Of a DNA stretch of 64,000 nt, positions 1 to 12,477 are shown in pieces (within the stretch, counting starts at the first letter, position 1; the number at the start of each line of letters is the position of its first letter). This DNA is from Vicugna vicugna (Eukaryota). The translations under genes were made by a program, and so were the position numbers. The notes under the pieces were generated by a model that was not told the DNA's origin, did no database searches, and saw only the letters and a program-made list of their open reading frames with translations. The stretch is taken from the NCBI GenBank assembly GCA_013265495.1, contig MU058722.1:1-64000 (forward strand), in the 5' to 3' direction.

Positions 1-41
1 CTTACAAGCGTCCTTCTACTCCGCCATCTTGCCCGGAAGTC
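1..41 (-). mobile_element. 5' start of a young L1 5'UTR (element continues left of the window)
   Basis: Reverse complement reads GACTTCCGGGCAAGATGGCGGAGTAGAAGGACGCTTGTAAG. It has an intact YY1 motif (CAAGATGGCG) and retained CpGs, and is homologous to the L1 starts at 4345 and 6905. Confidence 0.8.
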
Positions 42-192
42 TCTCGCGTGTTTTGTCTTTTGATGAACGTGAGGTTCTGTCAAAGTTCAGCAGACTTCCT
101 GATTGGGTAGGTGGATCAGTGGATGTCAGTCTTGGTGCATTTGTGGGAGAGGTGAGCAAAGAGTGTCGTTCTACTCCACCACATTGGCCCTT
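42..192 (-). mobile_element. Second, more decayed L1 5'UTR start (~150 bp) directly upstream of the first
   Basis: Reverse complement (AAGGGCCAATGTGGTGGAGTAGAACGACACTC...GCTGAACTTTGACAGAAC...TCAAAAGACAAAA) aligns with 6911-7055. Confidence 0.8.
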
Positions 193-993
193 CTTGCTTT
201 TTTCTTTTATTAAATGTACAGTAGTCTAGCGTCTGTATAAGTGTCAATTGTAGTGGGATTTTGTCCAGTAAGCCTAACATTTCTACTTTGAAATAAACTA
301 CTGGGTTTATAAAAAAGAACTAAGTTAATAGCTGCAAGTCAGTATCATCCATTCAAGGGTGTGTTAGAGAAGAATGGAGGGGAAGAAGGGGAGAGGGGGA
401 AGAGACACAAAGGCTGAGAGAGTGGGGAAGGGGGAAGCCCTACCTGCTAACAAGTGGATGTTTGCTGCCATTCAACACAGCTCAGTGCAGGGGCACCCCA
501 CTTTATGCAGGAAGAGCTAGCTGTCTGGACTCTGATCTACAGACACTGCTCTCAGCTTCTACTCTGGAGTTGAGCTGGTGCTGCTGGAGGAGAGGATGGA
601 GTCAGGGCAACAGTGGTTGGATGGCAGCCTCTGATGTGAACAAGGAGCTGTGAGTTCAGACTTGCTCCTTAAGCCCACAAAGGACAATGAGCAAGTGAGT
701 CCTTCAAGAGAGGCAAGGAGGGGGAGGGTCTTGTGGTGCTCCCACTGACTCTCCAAGCATCCAACATGGAATTCTACCTCAGGCTGACATCTTTGACCAA
801 GAAACAACACAGGTTGCTGTTATTTCCTAATTTTATAAAAGACTTTTGCTCACTTCCACGGGAAGCATAATAACAAATCTGAGCTACTTGAAGAAGAAAA
901 ATCCTCACTGAGCACCTACCCTGCACCAGGAATGGTATAAGGAACTTCATGGCTTTGATCTCAGTGACATCTGACAAGTCACAAAGAACTGGG

Positions 994-1153
994 ATGAAGG
1001 GACATGAGCAGAAACCAGAAGACAAAGACAGGCTGAAGGCAGATGTCATACAGAAAATTCCACAAGAATGAATAGCAGTAGCAGAAAGTGGAGATGGTGT
1101 GGGACCACATGGGCAAATTCCTAGGTTTGAATTCCAATGAACTAGGCAGGGAG
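994..1153 (+). pseudogene. Decayed exon-like segment with weak PAGE/XAGE (GAGE-domain) resemblance
   Basis: Frame from ATG 994 reads MKGHEQKPEDKDRLKADVIQKIPQE*IAVAESGDGVGPHGQIPRFEFQ*TRQG. It is followed by a phase-1 donor (GAG|GTAATC at 1154) and a polypyrimidine-TAG acceptor at 1243. Similarity judged by eye only. Confidence 0.25.
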
Positions 1154-1479
1154 GTAATCCTGGATGTAAAGCATAAAGATAATTGATTTCACAGTTTCTC
1201 TGCATGATCAATTATTTTTGTTTGTTTCTTTTTGCTGTCCTAGATTTTCCTACATGGCAATTTTTATGCTTCTTCATCAACCATTCCCTTGACTGCTTCT
1301 CTTTCAACTCATATGCATAAAAGGCTTCACCTCAGGACCAGATAACAAATCAGTTAATAACAAGAAGGATAAGCGTTCAGAACTTGCCAAGCAAAAAGAG
1401 AGATTGGTATGCACTAAGGTAATTATGTAAGATGATTAATTGAAATTGAAGTGAATGGCTCACAGTAGTGCTCAAAATG

Positions 1480-1705
1480 TTCAAAGAGGAAAGGAAGGCA
1501 GGTGGAAGTGGTCCTGTTTGTGTGTGTTTGTGTGTGTGAGCATGCATTCTGGGAGAGGAATTGGGTAATGAATGAAGACATCATGCAAGATGGTTGAAGT
1601 GTCAGTAACAGTCTTTGTATGAGTTGAGAAAGGGAAATAAAAAGGTACATTTGGAAATGATGCTTGAGGCCAGAATGTAAAAGGCCTTGAAGGTCAAATT
1701 AAGAT
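1480..1705 (-). mobile_element. L2-like LINE remnant interrupted by a (TG)n tract
   Basis: GCATTCTGGGAGAGGAA and GAGGCCAGAATGTAAAAGGCCTTGAAGGTCAAATTAAG resemble the antisense of the L2 3' region. Confidence 0.4.
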
Positions 1706-2064
1706 GTGCTATCATATTTTATGTCTTGTATTTCACACCAATTTAAGTGTTGACCCTCTTAGAAATGGTGACTTAGAGAGGAGATGAAGGGTTCCTTTAA
1801 AGAAGAAATCTAGACAAACCACAACACACTGAGGAAATGGTACCCAGCAGTTGCATTCCACAAGATTAAGTACATTAGCATTTCTACAGAAAAATAATAA
1901 TTTATAGTACTGTATGTTTCCTACTACCTACAGAGTTAGAAAATAGCTCAGTATTATTGAATTTGAAATATTCAAAGGGTGAGCAAGACAGACACCATGT
2001 AATCTTTTGTGTGGGTGAGTGTGTGTTTCAAAATATTTCAGTTTTTCCTGACAGTGGCCACTTT

Positions 2065-2200
2065 TATTAGGTGTTTACCTAGAAGCAGAATTGCTGGAAT
2101 AGGGTTATCTGTATGTTCAGGTTGAAGTGGACACTGACAGATATTTGCTTCTCAGGTGATTGTACCAATTTACATGTCTCATCAGCAATGTAGCATTCTT
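2065..2200 (-). mobile_element. Old L1M fragment (end of ORF2/3'UTR, antisense)
   Basis: TACCTAGAAGCAGAATTGCTGGA...GTGATTGTACCAATTTACA...CATCAGCAATGTA is the typical antisense L1 motif. Confidence 0.6.
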
Positions 2201-2314
2201 TATGTGCTCCTGAAAGTTAGGAAGTTCTGAGCCTCAATTCAGTTCTACAAAGGGTAAAATTTTAAACAATCTCTTTTGTAGTTATCAAGCATACCATATT
2301 TTTAGAGTTATTAT

Positions 2315-2750
2315 CAGTGGTATAATAAATAAAATATCTGCCCTTTATTTCCGGTACCAGACACAGAACTTCAAAACACTTGGAATGTCCTGAGTGAGAA
2401 TAGTGTCTATTATGCTAATGAGGTGACTCATGGTAGTGGGCCCCAAATTAACTTCAGCATGAGGGCTAATCCCAGAAAGACCAATCACATAATAAGAGAG
2501 CTGAAAATTTGGGACATGCTGGACTCTGGGAAGATGGGAGGAGATGGTGCTGGAGATGGAGATTAATCACGTGTCCAGGGATTTAATAAATTATAAAGCC
2601 CAAGTAAAAACTCTGGACATCAAATTCAGTGATGCATTCTGGTTTGTGAATACCCTGACTCCAGTTGCAGCCAGTGTCTGAGGTTGGCATATACTAAGTC
2701 TGTGTAATTTGTTGAACAACTTAATGCATTGATTCTAACCTCAGTCTTAC
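2315..2750. mobile_element. MER21-like ERV LTR, internally deleted
   Basis: GTGGTATAATAAATAAAATAT...CACAGAACTTCAAAACACTTGGAATGTCCTGAGTGA...TTATGCTAATGAGGTGACTCATGGT...CCAGAAAGACCAATCAC matches the MER21 LTR consensus as I recall it. Confidence 0.65.
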
Positions 2751-3033
2751 ATCCAACTCTTGAATCATTCTGGAAGTATAAAGTTCATGAGCTTGTGTCT
2801 CTCATGGTGAAACTTGACATTTCTGTCCATGTAGGGAGATTCAGGAAAGGTATGATTAAACAGTGGGGACATTACTGTGTGGAAAAAGGCATCATCATAG
2901 GAAATGAAATCCTCTAACACAACAATTTTCAGTTCAAAGCAAGCCAAAACAAATTGAGTATTCCACTTGTGACCTAGGCAGTGAGCGTTGGTCTCTCCAG
3001 TAAGATTTGGCTTCTCCAGTAAGATTAACAAGA

Positions 3034-3525
3034 GGACAGATGACTGGATAAAGAAGTTGTATATTTACACAATGGAATAATGCACATCCATAAAAAAAAT
3101 TAAATGATGCCATTTAAAGCAATATGAATGGACCTGGGATATATCATTCTAAGCGAAGTCAGAAAGAGAAAGAAAAATGCCATATGATATCACTTATATG
3201 TAACATCTAAAAAATAGATGAAATTATTTAAAAAAAGACTCATAGATATAGAAAACAAACTTATGGTTTCCAGAGGGAGAAGAGAGTGGGAAGGGCTAAG
3301 CTGAGAGCTTAAGATTTGCAGATACTAATATATATATATAATATATAAACAACGTTTCCATACTGTATAGCACAGAGAACTATATTCAATATCTTGTAGT
3401 AACATGGTGAAAAAGAATATAAAAAAGAATATATGTATGTTAATGTATGACTGAAGCATTATGCTGTACACCAGAAATTGACATAACATTGTAAATTGAC
3501 TATACTTCAATAAATAAATATAAAT
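3034..3525 (+). mobile_element. 5'-truncated L1 3' end
   Basis: ACAGATGACTGGATAAAGAAG...CTGTATAGCACAGAGAACTATATTCAATATCTTGTA...GACTATACTTCAATAAA followed by an A-rich tail. Confidence 0.9.
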
Positions 3526-3970
3526 AATTAAAATAGATATATTTTAATTATGCATTAATATTCAACAATAAAATTTTATTCTCTAAAAGAAAGAGGAGAG
3601 TGAGTGGAGAAGCAAATTGAAATGTATTTTGTATTTCATTATCCCATAATACAAGGATGATTCTAGTCTATAATTAATAAATAACTTGTAAGGCTTAAAC
3701 CCATCAGAGAAAATACTTAAATATTTACTTTAGGGGAATTAGATTTAGCCCAAGAGGAAAAAAAATCTAAAACTGATATTAGACATCCACCAATAGACTT
3801 TCAAAAGAAGTGCAGTGTCTTCCAGTATTAGACTGACATGTTCACCTTTATTTCCTAGAATTATATGAATTGTGGGGGAGTGGCATTAAGATAAATCTAT
3901 GTTTGACTTTGGATGTCTGGCTAAGATATTTTAGTTTCAAATTTGGTTCACAGTGGAGAGTGGAGAAGTT

Positions 3971-4008
3971 TTGGAAGGCAGCTATGCTCACCACTATACC
4001 ACCAATGC
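3971..4008 (-). pseudogene. Tailless retropseudogene of the 5' half of tRNA-Gly(TCC)
   Basis: Reverse complement GCATTGGTGGTATAGTGGTGAGCATAGCTGCCTTCCAA matches the first 38 nt of tRNA-Gly-TCC with one CpG-type change. It is flanked by the direct repeat GAGTGGAGAAGTTTTG at 3958-3973 and 4013-4028. Confidence 0.9.
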
Positions 4009-4344
4009 CTTTGAGTGGAGAAGTTTTGATCAGTAGAGGGAAGAGAAGGAATTAGTACCACAGAAAAAGGCATTATCAAGGAAGGTAGAAAAGAGATAAC
4101 TGATGTTCACTGTACATGGCTACCAGACTTTCCATTGGTTCATCCTTTTATTGAAAATTCATAAGATTACACTTATATTTACTTATTCCCTACCGAATGT
4201 GCTGTCAATATTTTTTAAAAATAAGAAATGTCATGTTAATTTTCTGACAGGTATACAATATATGTCTGAATAGATCATGGAAACATTGTTTGAGAATTCT
4301 GGCTAATTATTAGTAATTTCAGCATCATATCTAAGAAAGAGAAG

Positions 4345-6900
4345 TAAGGAGCAGCCAAGATGGTGGAGTAGAAAGACACTTGTAGCTCACCCTTTCCCAC
4401 ATATACACCAAAAAAGACACCCCGGGATCCACCCATTCACTCAGAACACCTACTGAACATTGACAGAACATCACCTTCTTCGAAAAACAAAATTCACCAC
4501 AAATCTGGTAGGAAAAAAGTAAAACGAAAATATTGTGGGATGAATCCAACAGTGTGGGAGTGAGAAAGAAGGATTCACACTCTTAAACTGGGTGGAGGGG
4601 GACTCCAAGTCTTGTATCTGTGCAAAGTAGCCCTTGGCCCACAAAACAATAAGTAAAATGAGCACTAAATTTCCCTGTGACCTCAGCCCTAGACACAAAC
4701 CAACAGGGGGTGGGCTGGGAATGGCTGCACAGAACCAAGGTCTGGGGCCAACTGCACAGAGGCAATCTCAGGGGGCTGAAGTATGCTATGAACTATGTCT
4801 GGGAGGGTATAGAGAACAAAACAGCCTGAGTTCCCCATAAAATTAAAAACAAGAAAGCAGTACTGCTGGTGTGCATTTCAGGGAGGAGCACAATGAGGCT
4901 GGGCCATAGCCTTTGTCTACACAGGCCTGGGGCACCATTGCTGGTGTGTTCTTAGGAGAAGAGAGGCAGGGCTCCACCACAACCACCATATCCCTTAGTG
5001 TTCAGCTTCCAGGCAGAGATGGATTTGAAACACGAATTCATACCCAGAGGCTCCACAACTTCACAGGCAGGACTGAAATTTGTTTACAACACCAAGCAAA
5101 GGGGACCATTTTGCTATGCAGGTGCCTTTGTGGACCCACACATCTAAGACAAATGGGCAAGGACTAGAGTTCTGCCATAGAGTGAGGGTGAGTGCTGGTG
5201 TGGCCATTTTCTGTGAGCCCACCTACCCTGAGTGGATGCAGCACTGAGAGTAGTTCTGACTAATTTGCATGATCAGTGGGCCTCTGGGAAGAGTGAGCTG
5301 AGTTTGCAAAGTGGGATGATTGAAGGGGTAGCATTTGGCACTTGGCATGGTGCTGATCTGGTAGCATGAATGCAGTCACTGAGTGCTGGAAGCCCTACTG
5401 ATGTAGGCATCTAAGACAAGTGAGCAGAGTTTGTGTGTCAGGGCAAGTGCAGGTGCAGTGTTTGCCGCTGGGGATGTCACTGACCTGATAGTGCATCACC
5501 AACCAAGTGTGTGACCCAGAATTCAGTGGAATTGCACTGGTATTTCTGAGGGCAGAGAACCTGGGGAAACCAGAGCAGCATAACTGACATTCCTGAGACT
5601 AAAGCTAGGACAAGGGCAGAGTCAAGAAAAAATACTTAAAGTGCTCCAACCCCACCTACTATGCACCAGAGCTCAGAACCAAGTCTGGAAGCCTCACTCC
5701 CAACAAAAAGGAAACAGACCCAGTCCCCTGACAGAGCTGTGACAACCACAGAACAAAAAGGAGACCACACTAAAAAACCAGAGAAGGCTCTGGTCACAAC
5801 ACCAGACATCTCTAATGAAAAGGATAACAGATAACACACATGGAAGAAAGGCGTGGCTACCATCCATACTAAAAACAGACCTAGTGACAAAATTATTAAT
5901 GGTGCACAGTCTACACAAGAACACATTCTCTTAAAAAAAAGTCCCGTGAAGGCCAGAGAAGATAACTAATACATCATAATCCATAGTGCCAGAGAGATAT
6001 AAGTAAAATGGAGGGGAATGATTCTCAATTAAAAGAACAATAGGAATCCCCAGAAAGAACAGTCAATGAAATACATTTCAATAGTCTACTAGATCATGAC
6101 TTAAAAACTGGAGTGAAGAAAGCACTGAAAGAAATAAAAGAGACTATGAGAGAGAGAACAATATGAAAAGGAAGTTGAAACTATAAAGAGGAGATAATTA
6201 AAAACATAATACTCAATGGCTATGAAAAGAGCCAAGCTATAGGCAGTCAAATGCAGACTAGACAATGCAGAAGAATGAATAAGTAACTTAGAAGACATGA
6301 TAAGAGAAGTCACCCAATCAGAACAGAAGACAGAAAAGCAAGAAAAGAAAAAACAATGAAAGCAATATAAGGGATCTATGGGATAATATATAACATTCCA
6401 ACATTTGCATAATAGGGGTCACAGAAGGAGAAGAAAAAGCAAAAGGGATTGAAAAGGGATTTGAAGAAATCATGACTGAAAATATACCAAACCTAAAGAA
6501 GCAATCAAATATCCAAGTACAGGAAGCACAGAGAGTACTCAAGGAGAAGAACCCAAATAGACCTACACCAAGACATATTAAAATTAAGATGGTGAAAGTT
6601 AAAGATAAAGAAATGGTACTAAAAGCAGCAAGAGAAAAATGAATTGTTAGTTATAAGGAAAACCCCATAAGGCTATCTGTTGATTTCTCTTCACCAACAC
6701 TGCTGGCCAGAAGGGAGTGGCAATATATATTAAAAGTTCTGAATGAGAGAAAGCTGCAACCTAGGATAATTTATGCAGTAAGGCTGTACTTTAGAATAGA
6801 AAGAGAAAGAATTTCACAGACAAGCAAAAACTAAAAGAATTCAGCAATACTCAGCCTATGCTAAAGGAAACAATGAAAGATTTACTCTAAATAGAAAATA
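4345..6900 (+). mobile_element. L1 5'UTR plus disrupted ORF1 (approx. 6008-6890), ending just after the ORF1 stop
   Basis: Starts GCCAAGATGGTGGAGTAGAAAGACAC. ORF1 hallmarks ATAATAGGGGTCACAGAAGGAGAAGA, ACACCAAGACATATT, GCCAGAAGGGAGTGG and CAAAAACTAAAAGAATTCAGC are present, with multiple stops and frameshifts. Confidence 0.9.
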
Positions 6901-6904
6901 AGCA

Positions 6905-9900
6905 GGGGAGAAGGGCAAAGATGGTGGAGTAGAAGGACACTTGTAGCTCACCCTCTCCCACAAATACACCAAGACTGATATCCATGAACCCACCCATCCA
7001 ATCAGAACTATTGCTGAACTTTGACAGAACATTGCCTTCTTCAAAAGACAAAATACATTCCCAATCGGGTAAAAGAAAAGAAAAAAATGAAGAGAAAGGA
7101 AAATAGTGGGGAACTGGTCCTGCAGGGAGAGAGTGACATAAGAGAAATAGCATTCATTTGCTGGGTCTCCTTCACTCCAGAGGAAAGGTCAGTGGGATGG
7201 AGGGGGAACTTCTAAGGCTTGGATCTAGGTGGAATGGCCTTTGACTGACAGAACTAAGTTTAGTGGGTACAAAGGATCCCTGTAATCCCCAGGCATAGAC
7301 ATCAACCAGCAGGGTTGGGACAGGACAGGCTGCCCGAGCCAGGAAAAGGACATGGGCCAACAGTACAAAGGCAAGCTTGGGGGACTTCAGTGAGCTGTGT
7401 ACCATAGCTAGGGGGATATACAGATCAGAAAAGCCTGGGTCCCTCATAAAATACACACATACACACACAAAACAACACTGCAGGTGTGCCCTAGGGAGAA
7501 GGGCACTGTAGTATTTGTCTCTGTAGACCCATGGCACCATTATTGGTGTATCCTTGGGAGAAGAGAGGCAGGGCTTAATGACAACCACCATATTCTCCAG
7601 TGTGCAGCTCCCAAGTGAAAGTGGGGTTGAAACCTGAAGCTATACCTAGGGTTCAGCAACATCATAGGTGAGACTGAGATTTGGTTACAGCCCCAGGCAG
7701 ATGGAAACTTTCTGCAAAGGTGCCTCTGTGGACTCGTGCTTCTAAGACAAATGAATAAGAAGCATAGATTTGACACAGAGCAGGGGTAAGGGCTAGTGAG
7801 GCCATTTACCCTGAGCCAGGGACATGACTGGTGGGCCTCTAGAACCAGTGAGTGGAATTCAGGCAGCAGGATGAGGATAGGGTTGGTAACAACAACAGAA
7901 CAAAAAGGAGGCCCCACTAAATAGCCAGGGCATTCTCTTGCCACCAGAACGCTGGCCACAACCCCAACCAAACTATAACAGGCAAAAGGGAAGGAAGGAA
8001 GACTTGGCAAATACCCATAAGTAAGAAAGTACTCTCAACAAAATTATAAGGGCACACAGCCTATATAGAAATATATCCATATTTTCTTTAATTTTTACTT
8101 TAATTTTTAAAATAATTTATTCATTAATTAACTTAAATTTTTCTTTAAAATATTTTTATTAATTTTTAAAATTGATTTCAATTTGATTTTTATCTGTTTT
8201 ACTCTGTTTACAATTTTTTAATTTTACATTTCTTTTTCATAGTTTTATTTCTGCATCCACTTCAAATAAATAAATGAATAAATAAAAGCTTTCAGGACCA
8301 GAGTAGATAACTGATACTTCATAATCCATAGTGCCAGAGAAAAATAAGCAGGATGAAGAAGCAAGGAATCACTCCCAATTAAAAGAACAAGAGAGATTCC
8401 CTGAAAGAATAATCAATCAAATAGACTTTGATAGTCTACTACATCATTATTTCAAAAAATGACTGATCACAGTACTGAAGGAACTAAAACAAATTGTGCA
8501 TAGAGACAGAGGATATGTCAAAAAGTGAAATTAACACTATAAAGAGGAGCCACATAAAATTAGAAAACCCATTTATTGAAATGAGAGCTAGTGGGATAGA
8601 TAATGCAGAGGAAGGAATAAGTGACTTAGAAGACAGGAAAACAAAATCACCCAATCAGAACAGCAGAGAGAGGGAATAAAACAATGAAAATGATATAAGT
8701 GACTTATGGTTTAATATAAAGTGTGTCAATGTATGCATAATTGGGGTCTCAGAAGGAGAAGGAAGAGCAAAAGGGATTGAAAAAGCATTTAACAAAAAAC
8801 TAACTGAAAACTCCCCAAACCTAAAGAAGCAATCAGATATCCAGGTACAGGAAGCACAGAGGGTCCAAAACAAGAAGAAACAAAACATAACCACACCAAG
8901 ACATATTATAATTAGGATAGCCAGGTTTCTACCGAAAGGAAAAAAACATAATTGGAAAGGTGATAATGACAATGAATAACAACAGGATAAACACGAAATT
9001 GTAAGAGAGACATCTAAATCATTAAGAGTGTGAGAAGGGAGCAAGAAAATTAGGAGTACTTTTCTTTTCTTTTTCTTTATTTTTTGTTTTTGGCAAGATG
9101 GTTTGAACTTGTATCACTATCTGTTTAAAACAAACAGATATAATAATGGGTTAGTATATTTTAAAAACAGAGTAACCACATGACAAAAACTTACAAAGGA
9201 GATACACACAAAATAAAACAGAGATAATACAAGGAAAATTATCAAACCACAAAGAGAAAAAGAAAGAAACAAAGAGGAAATAGCAAATCAACTGCAAAAC
9301 TAAGTTCAAAATGGCAATAAATACAAGTCTATCAATGATTACTGTAAATATTAATGGATTAAATGCTCCAATCAAAAGACAGCATGGTATATTGGAAAAT
9401 AAAACAAGAACACACAGCATGCTGTATACAAGAGACACACTTTAGGGAGAAGAAGAGACATAGAGTGAGAATGAGAGGATTGAAGATGATATTGCATGCA
9501 AATGGGAAAAAAAAACAAAGTAGGAGTAGCAATAATGATCACAGACAAAATAACTCAAAAACTAAAGCCATAAATAAAGATAAACAGGGCACTATATAAT
9601 GATTGAAGGCAAAATGCAAGATGAGGATAGTATACATGTTAACATATAAGAAGAAAACATAGGAGAACCTAAATACATAAAGTGAATACTAACAAATATA
9701 AAGAAAGAAATCTATGACAATAGAATCATAGTAGGAGATTTTAACACCCCATTCACATCACTTGACAGGTTTTCCTGACAGAGAGATAAAGGCAACACAG
9801 CAACAAAATGAATACAATAGATAGACATGGTTGATATTTTCAGAATATTACTTCCCCCAAAATTACAATGTACATTCTTTCCAGTGCACATGGAACACTT

Positions 9901-10695
9901 TCTAGGATGGATTATGCACTCAGGCACAAAAGAATACTCAACAATTTTAAGAAGATAGTAATTATTTTAAGTAATTATTTATTTCTGAACACAATGCCAT
10001 GAAACTAGAAATCAACTACAGCAAAACATAGGAGAAAAAAAAAAAGACAGCATTGTGATTAAACAACATGATACTAAGAAAACACTGGGTCAATGTTAAA
10101 TTAAAAGAAGAAAATAAAAAATACTTTGAGACAAATGACAAAAATCACAACCACACAAAATCTATGGGATGCAGCAAAAGCAGTCCTAAGAAGAAAGTTC
10201 ATTGCAATAAAGGCCTTCCTCCAAAAAGATAAGCAATCTGAAATAAGCACCTAACCAACCAACTAAAAGAATTAGTAAAAGAAGAGCAAACAAAACCTAA
10301 AGTCAGCAGAAGGAAGAACACAATAAAGATCAGGGAGGAAATAAATAAAATAGTGATTTAAAAAACAATAGAATAAGTCAATCAAACAAAGAGATTGTTT
10401 TTTGAAAGAGTAAATAGAATTGACAAACCTCAAGCCTAGCTCACAAAGAAGAGAAAATACAGAGCAGAAATTATCAAAATAAGAAAGGAAAATGGAGAAA
10501 TTACAATCAATACAACAGAAATTCCAAGTATCATATGAGAATACTGTGAACAACTTTATGGAAAATAAATGAATAACCTTGAAGAAATGGACAAGTTTCT
10601 GGAAACATACAGTCCACAAAGACTGAATCAAGAAGAAATTGACCACTAGAACAAACCAATCTCTAGAAATGAAATTGAAAAAGTATTAAAAAAGA
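6905..10695 (+). mobile_element. L1 5'UTR, partly deleted ORF1 (from ~8353), inter-ORF spacer and ORF2 endonuclease region (from 9311), 3'-truncated
   Basis: Start GGGCAAAGATGGTGGAGTAGAAGG. ORF2 begins MAINTSLSMITVNINGLNAPIKR, and the ACCIQETH and IIVGDFNTP endonuclease motifs are present. Disrupted. Confidence 0.9.
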
Positions 10696-10769
10696 AACAG
10701 AATATTTACATAATCTCAGAATATTTACACAATCTCAAATTAATAGATGCTATAAACGGTGAAATTTTG

Positions 10770-11130
10770 ATGAAGAACAGAATATTTACATAATCTCAAG
10801 TTACTGGTTAGTCATAAAGGAAAAAAATAACTTTATAGTGAAGAAACCTAATAGGCACCACCTAATGAAGTGATGAACTTAGCATCACCCATAAATGGAA
10901 AAACTGACATCTTGTGCCATCTAAAATAACACCTTGGGAAGAACATTGCGTCACTGATGTCTGTTGTGCTCCTGCTAACAATACATGACATGGAACTAGT
11001 CATGAGGCAATATCAGAAAAATATAAAATGGACACTATAAATTTAATGACATGTATTCTTCAAAAATCATAAGATCATGAAAGAAAAAAAATGCTGAAAA
11101 TGTTCCATACTAAAGGAGAATAAAAGTATA
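10770..11130 (+). mobile_element. Old L1MC-like 3'UTR fragment
   Basis: ACTTTATAGTGAAGAAACCT...GGCACCACCT...AAGTGATGAACTTAGCATCACC resembles L1MC 3' ends. Confidence 0.5.
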
Positions 11131-11369
11131 AATCAAATGAATACTATTTTTCAATATCTGAGCACAGATATTAGATATTATAGATATAATATTAGACGTT
11201 ATAACTCTTATAAGAACAAAAAATCATGATTACAATTTTAAAGGAAGATATGCAAATGTCTCATGCAATAGAAAATAATAAGAGAGAACTTACTTAAAAA
11301 AAAAAGGAATGGAAAACCTGAAGTTGAAAAGTATAACTGAATTTAAAAACTTGCCAGAGAAATTATAAT

Positions 11370-12455
11370 GTCAAGAGAATGACAGAGAAGACACTTGGAG
11401 AAAGTATTTTCAAAAGGCACATCTGATAAAGGACTTTTATCTTCAATATACACCAAACACTTAAAAATCAACAGTGAAACAAAAATACCTGATTAAATGT
11501 AGCAAAAATTCATTAACAGACATCTCACCAAAGAAAATACACAGAGGGCAAATAAGCATATCAAAAAATGTTCCACATCATATGTCATTAGGCAAAGGGA
11601 AACAAACGTATTAGAACACCCGAAATTCAGGACACTGACAACACCAAATCCTGGTGAGGATGTGGATCTATAGCACTTCTTATTCACTGCTGATGGGAAT
11701 GCAAGATGGTAGGGAATCTGTGGAAGACAGTTTGGTATCTTCTTAAATAATGACTCAGGCACAATATAATCCAGCAGTTGCACTCCTTGGTATTTACCCG
11801 AAGGAGTTGAAAACTTATGTCCACACAAAAAACAATATATAAACGTTTAGAGCAGCTTTATCCATCATATCCAAATCTTGGAAGCAACCAAGATGCTCTT
11901 CATTAAGTAATGGGTAAAGAAATTATGGTAGAGCTGGACAACAGAATAATATTCTATGCTAAAAACAAATGAGCAATCAAGGTATGAAAAGACATGGAAG
12001 AAATTTGAATGCCTTTTTTTTTGGATGTCTATTATTAAGTGAAAGAAGCCAATCAGAAAAGGCTACATATTGTATGATTTTGACTATATGACATCCTAGA
12101 AAAGGCAAAACCATATGGACAGTAAAAAGATTGGTGGTTGCCAGGGATTTTGGGTGGGAGAGCTGAATAGGCAAGCAATGAAGATTTTGAAGCTGGTGAA
12201 AATACTCCATTTGATACTATATTAATGGATGTATGTCATTATGCATTTGTCCAAATCCACAGAATGTACACCAAGAGTGAAACTTAATAAAAACCATGAG
12301 CTTCAGGTGATAAAGATGTGTCATTTTTGGTTCAAAGAAACGCCCCCACCAGAGTGGCCTAATAGGGAAGGCTGTGCAAGTATGGGGACAGGGCATATGG
12401 GCAATCTCTGTACCTTCCTCTTAGTTTTGATGTAAACGTAAAACTGCTCTTGGAA
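11370..12455 (+). mobile_element. L1MC1-like ORF2 end and 3'UTR
   Basis: CACTCCTTGGTATTTACCCGAAGGAGTTGAAAACTTATGTCCACACAAAAA...TGAAAAGACATGGAAGAAA...GAAAGAAGCCAATCAGAAAAGGCTACATA. Confidence 0.75.
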
Positions 12456-12477
12456 AACATCTAAATTTTACTAGTCA

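Noticed and set aside
600..1280. Short matches between this region and the array cassette (AGCTGTGAGTTC; CCTAGATT..TTATG.CTTCTT) suggesting it is the parent locus
   Set aside because: Matches are short and spacing differs. Homology cannot be supported without a scored alignment.
2994..3026. 14-bp direct repeat TCTCCAGTAAGATT
   Set aside because: Simple local duplication with a 5-nt spacer; it is not a TSD of the neighbouring L1.
10696..10798. Three copies of GAATATTTACA(T/C)AATCTCA at an L1/L1MC junction
   Set aside because: Best explained as local slippage or junction filler. Spacing is irregular, it is not CRISPR-like, and it has no evident function.
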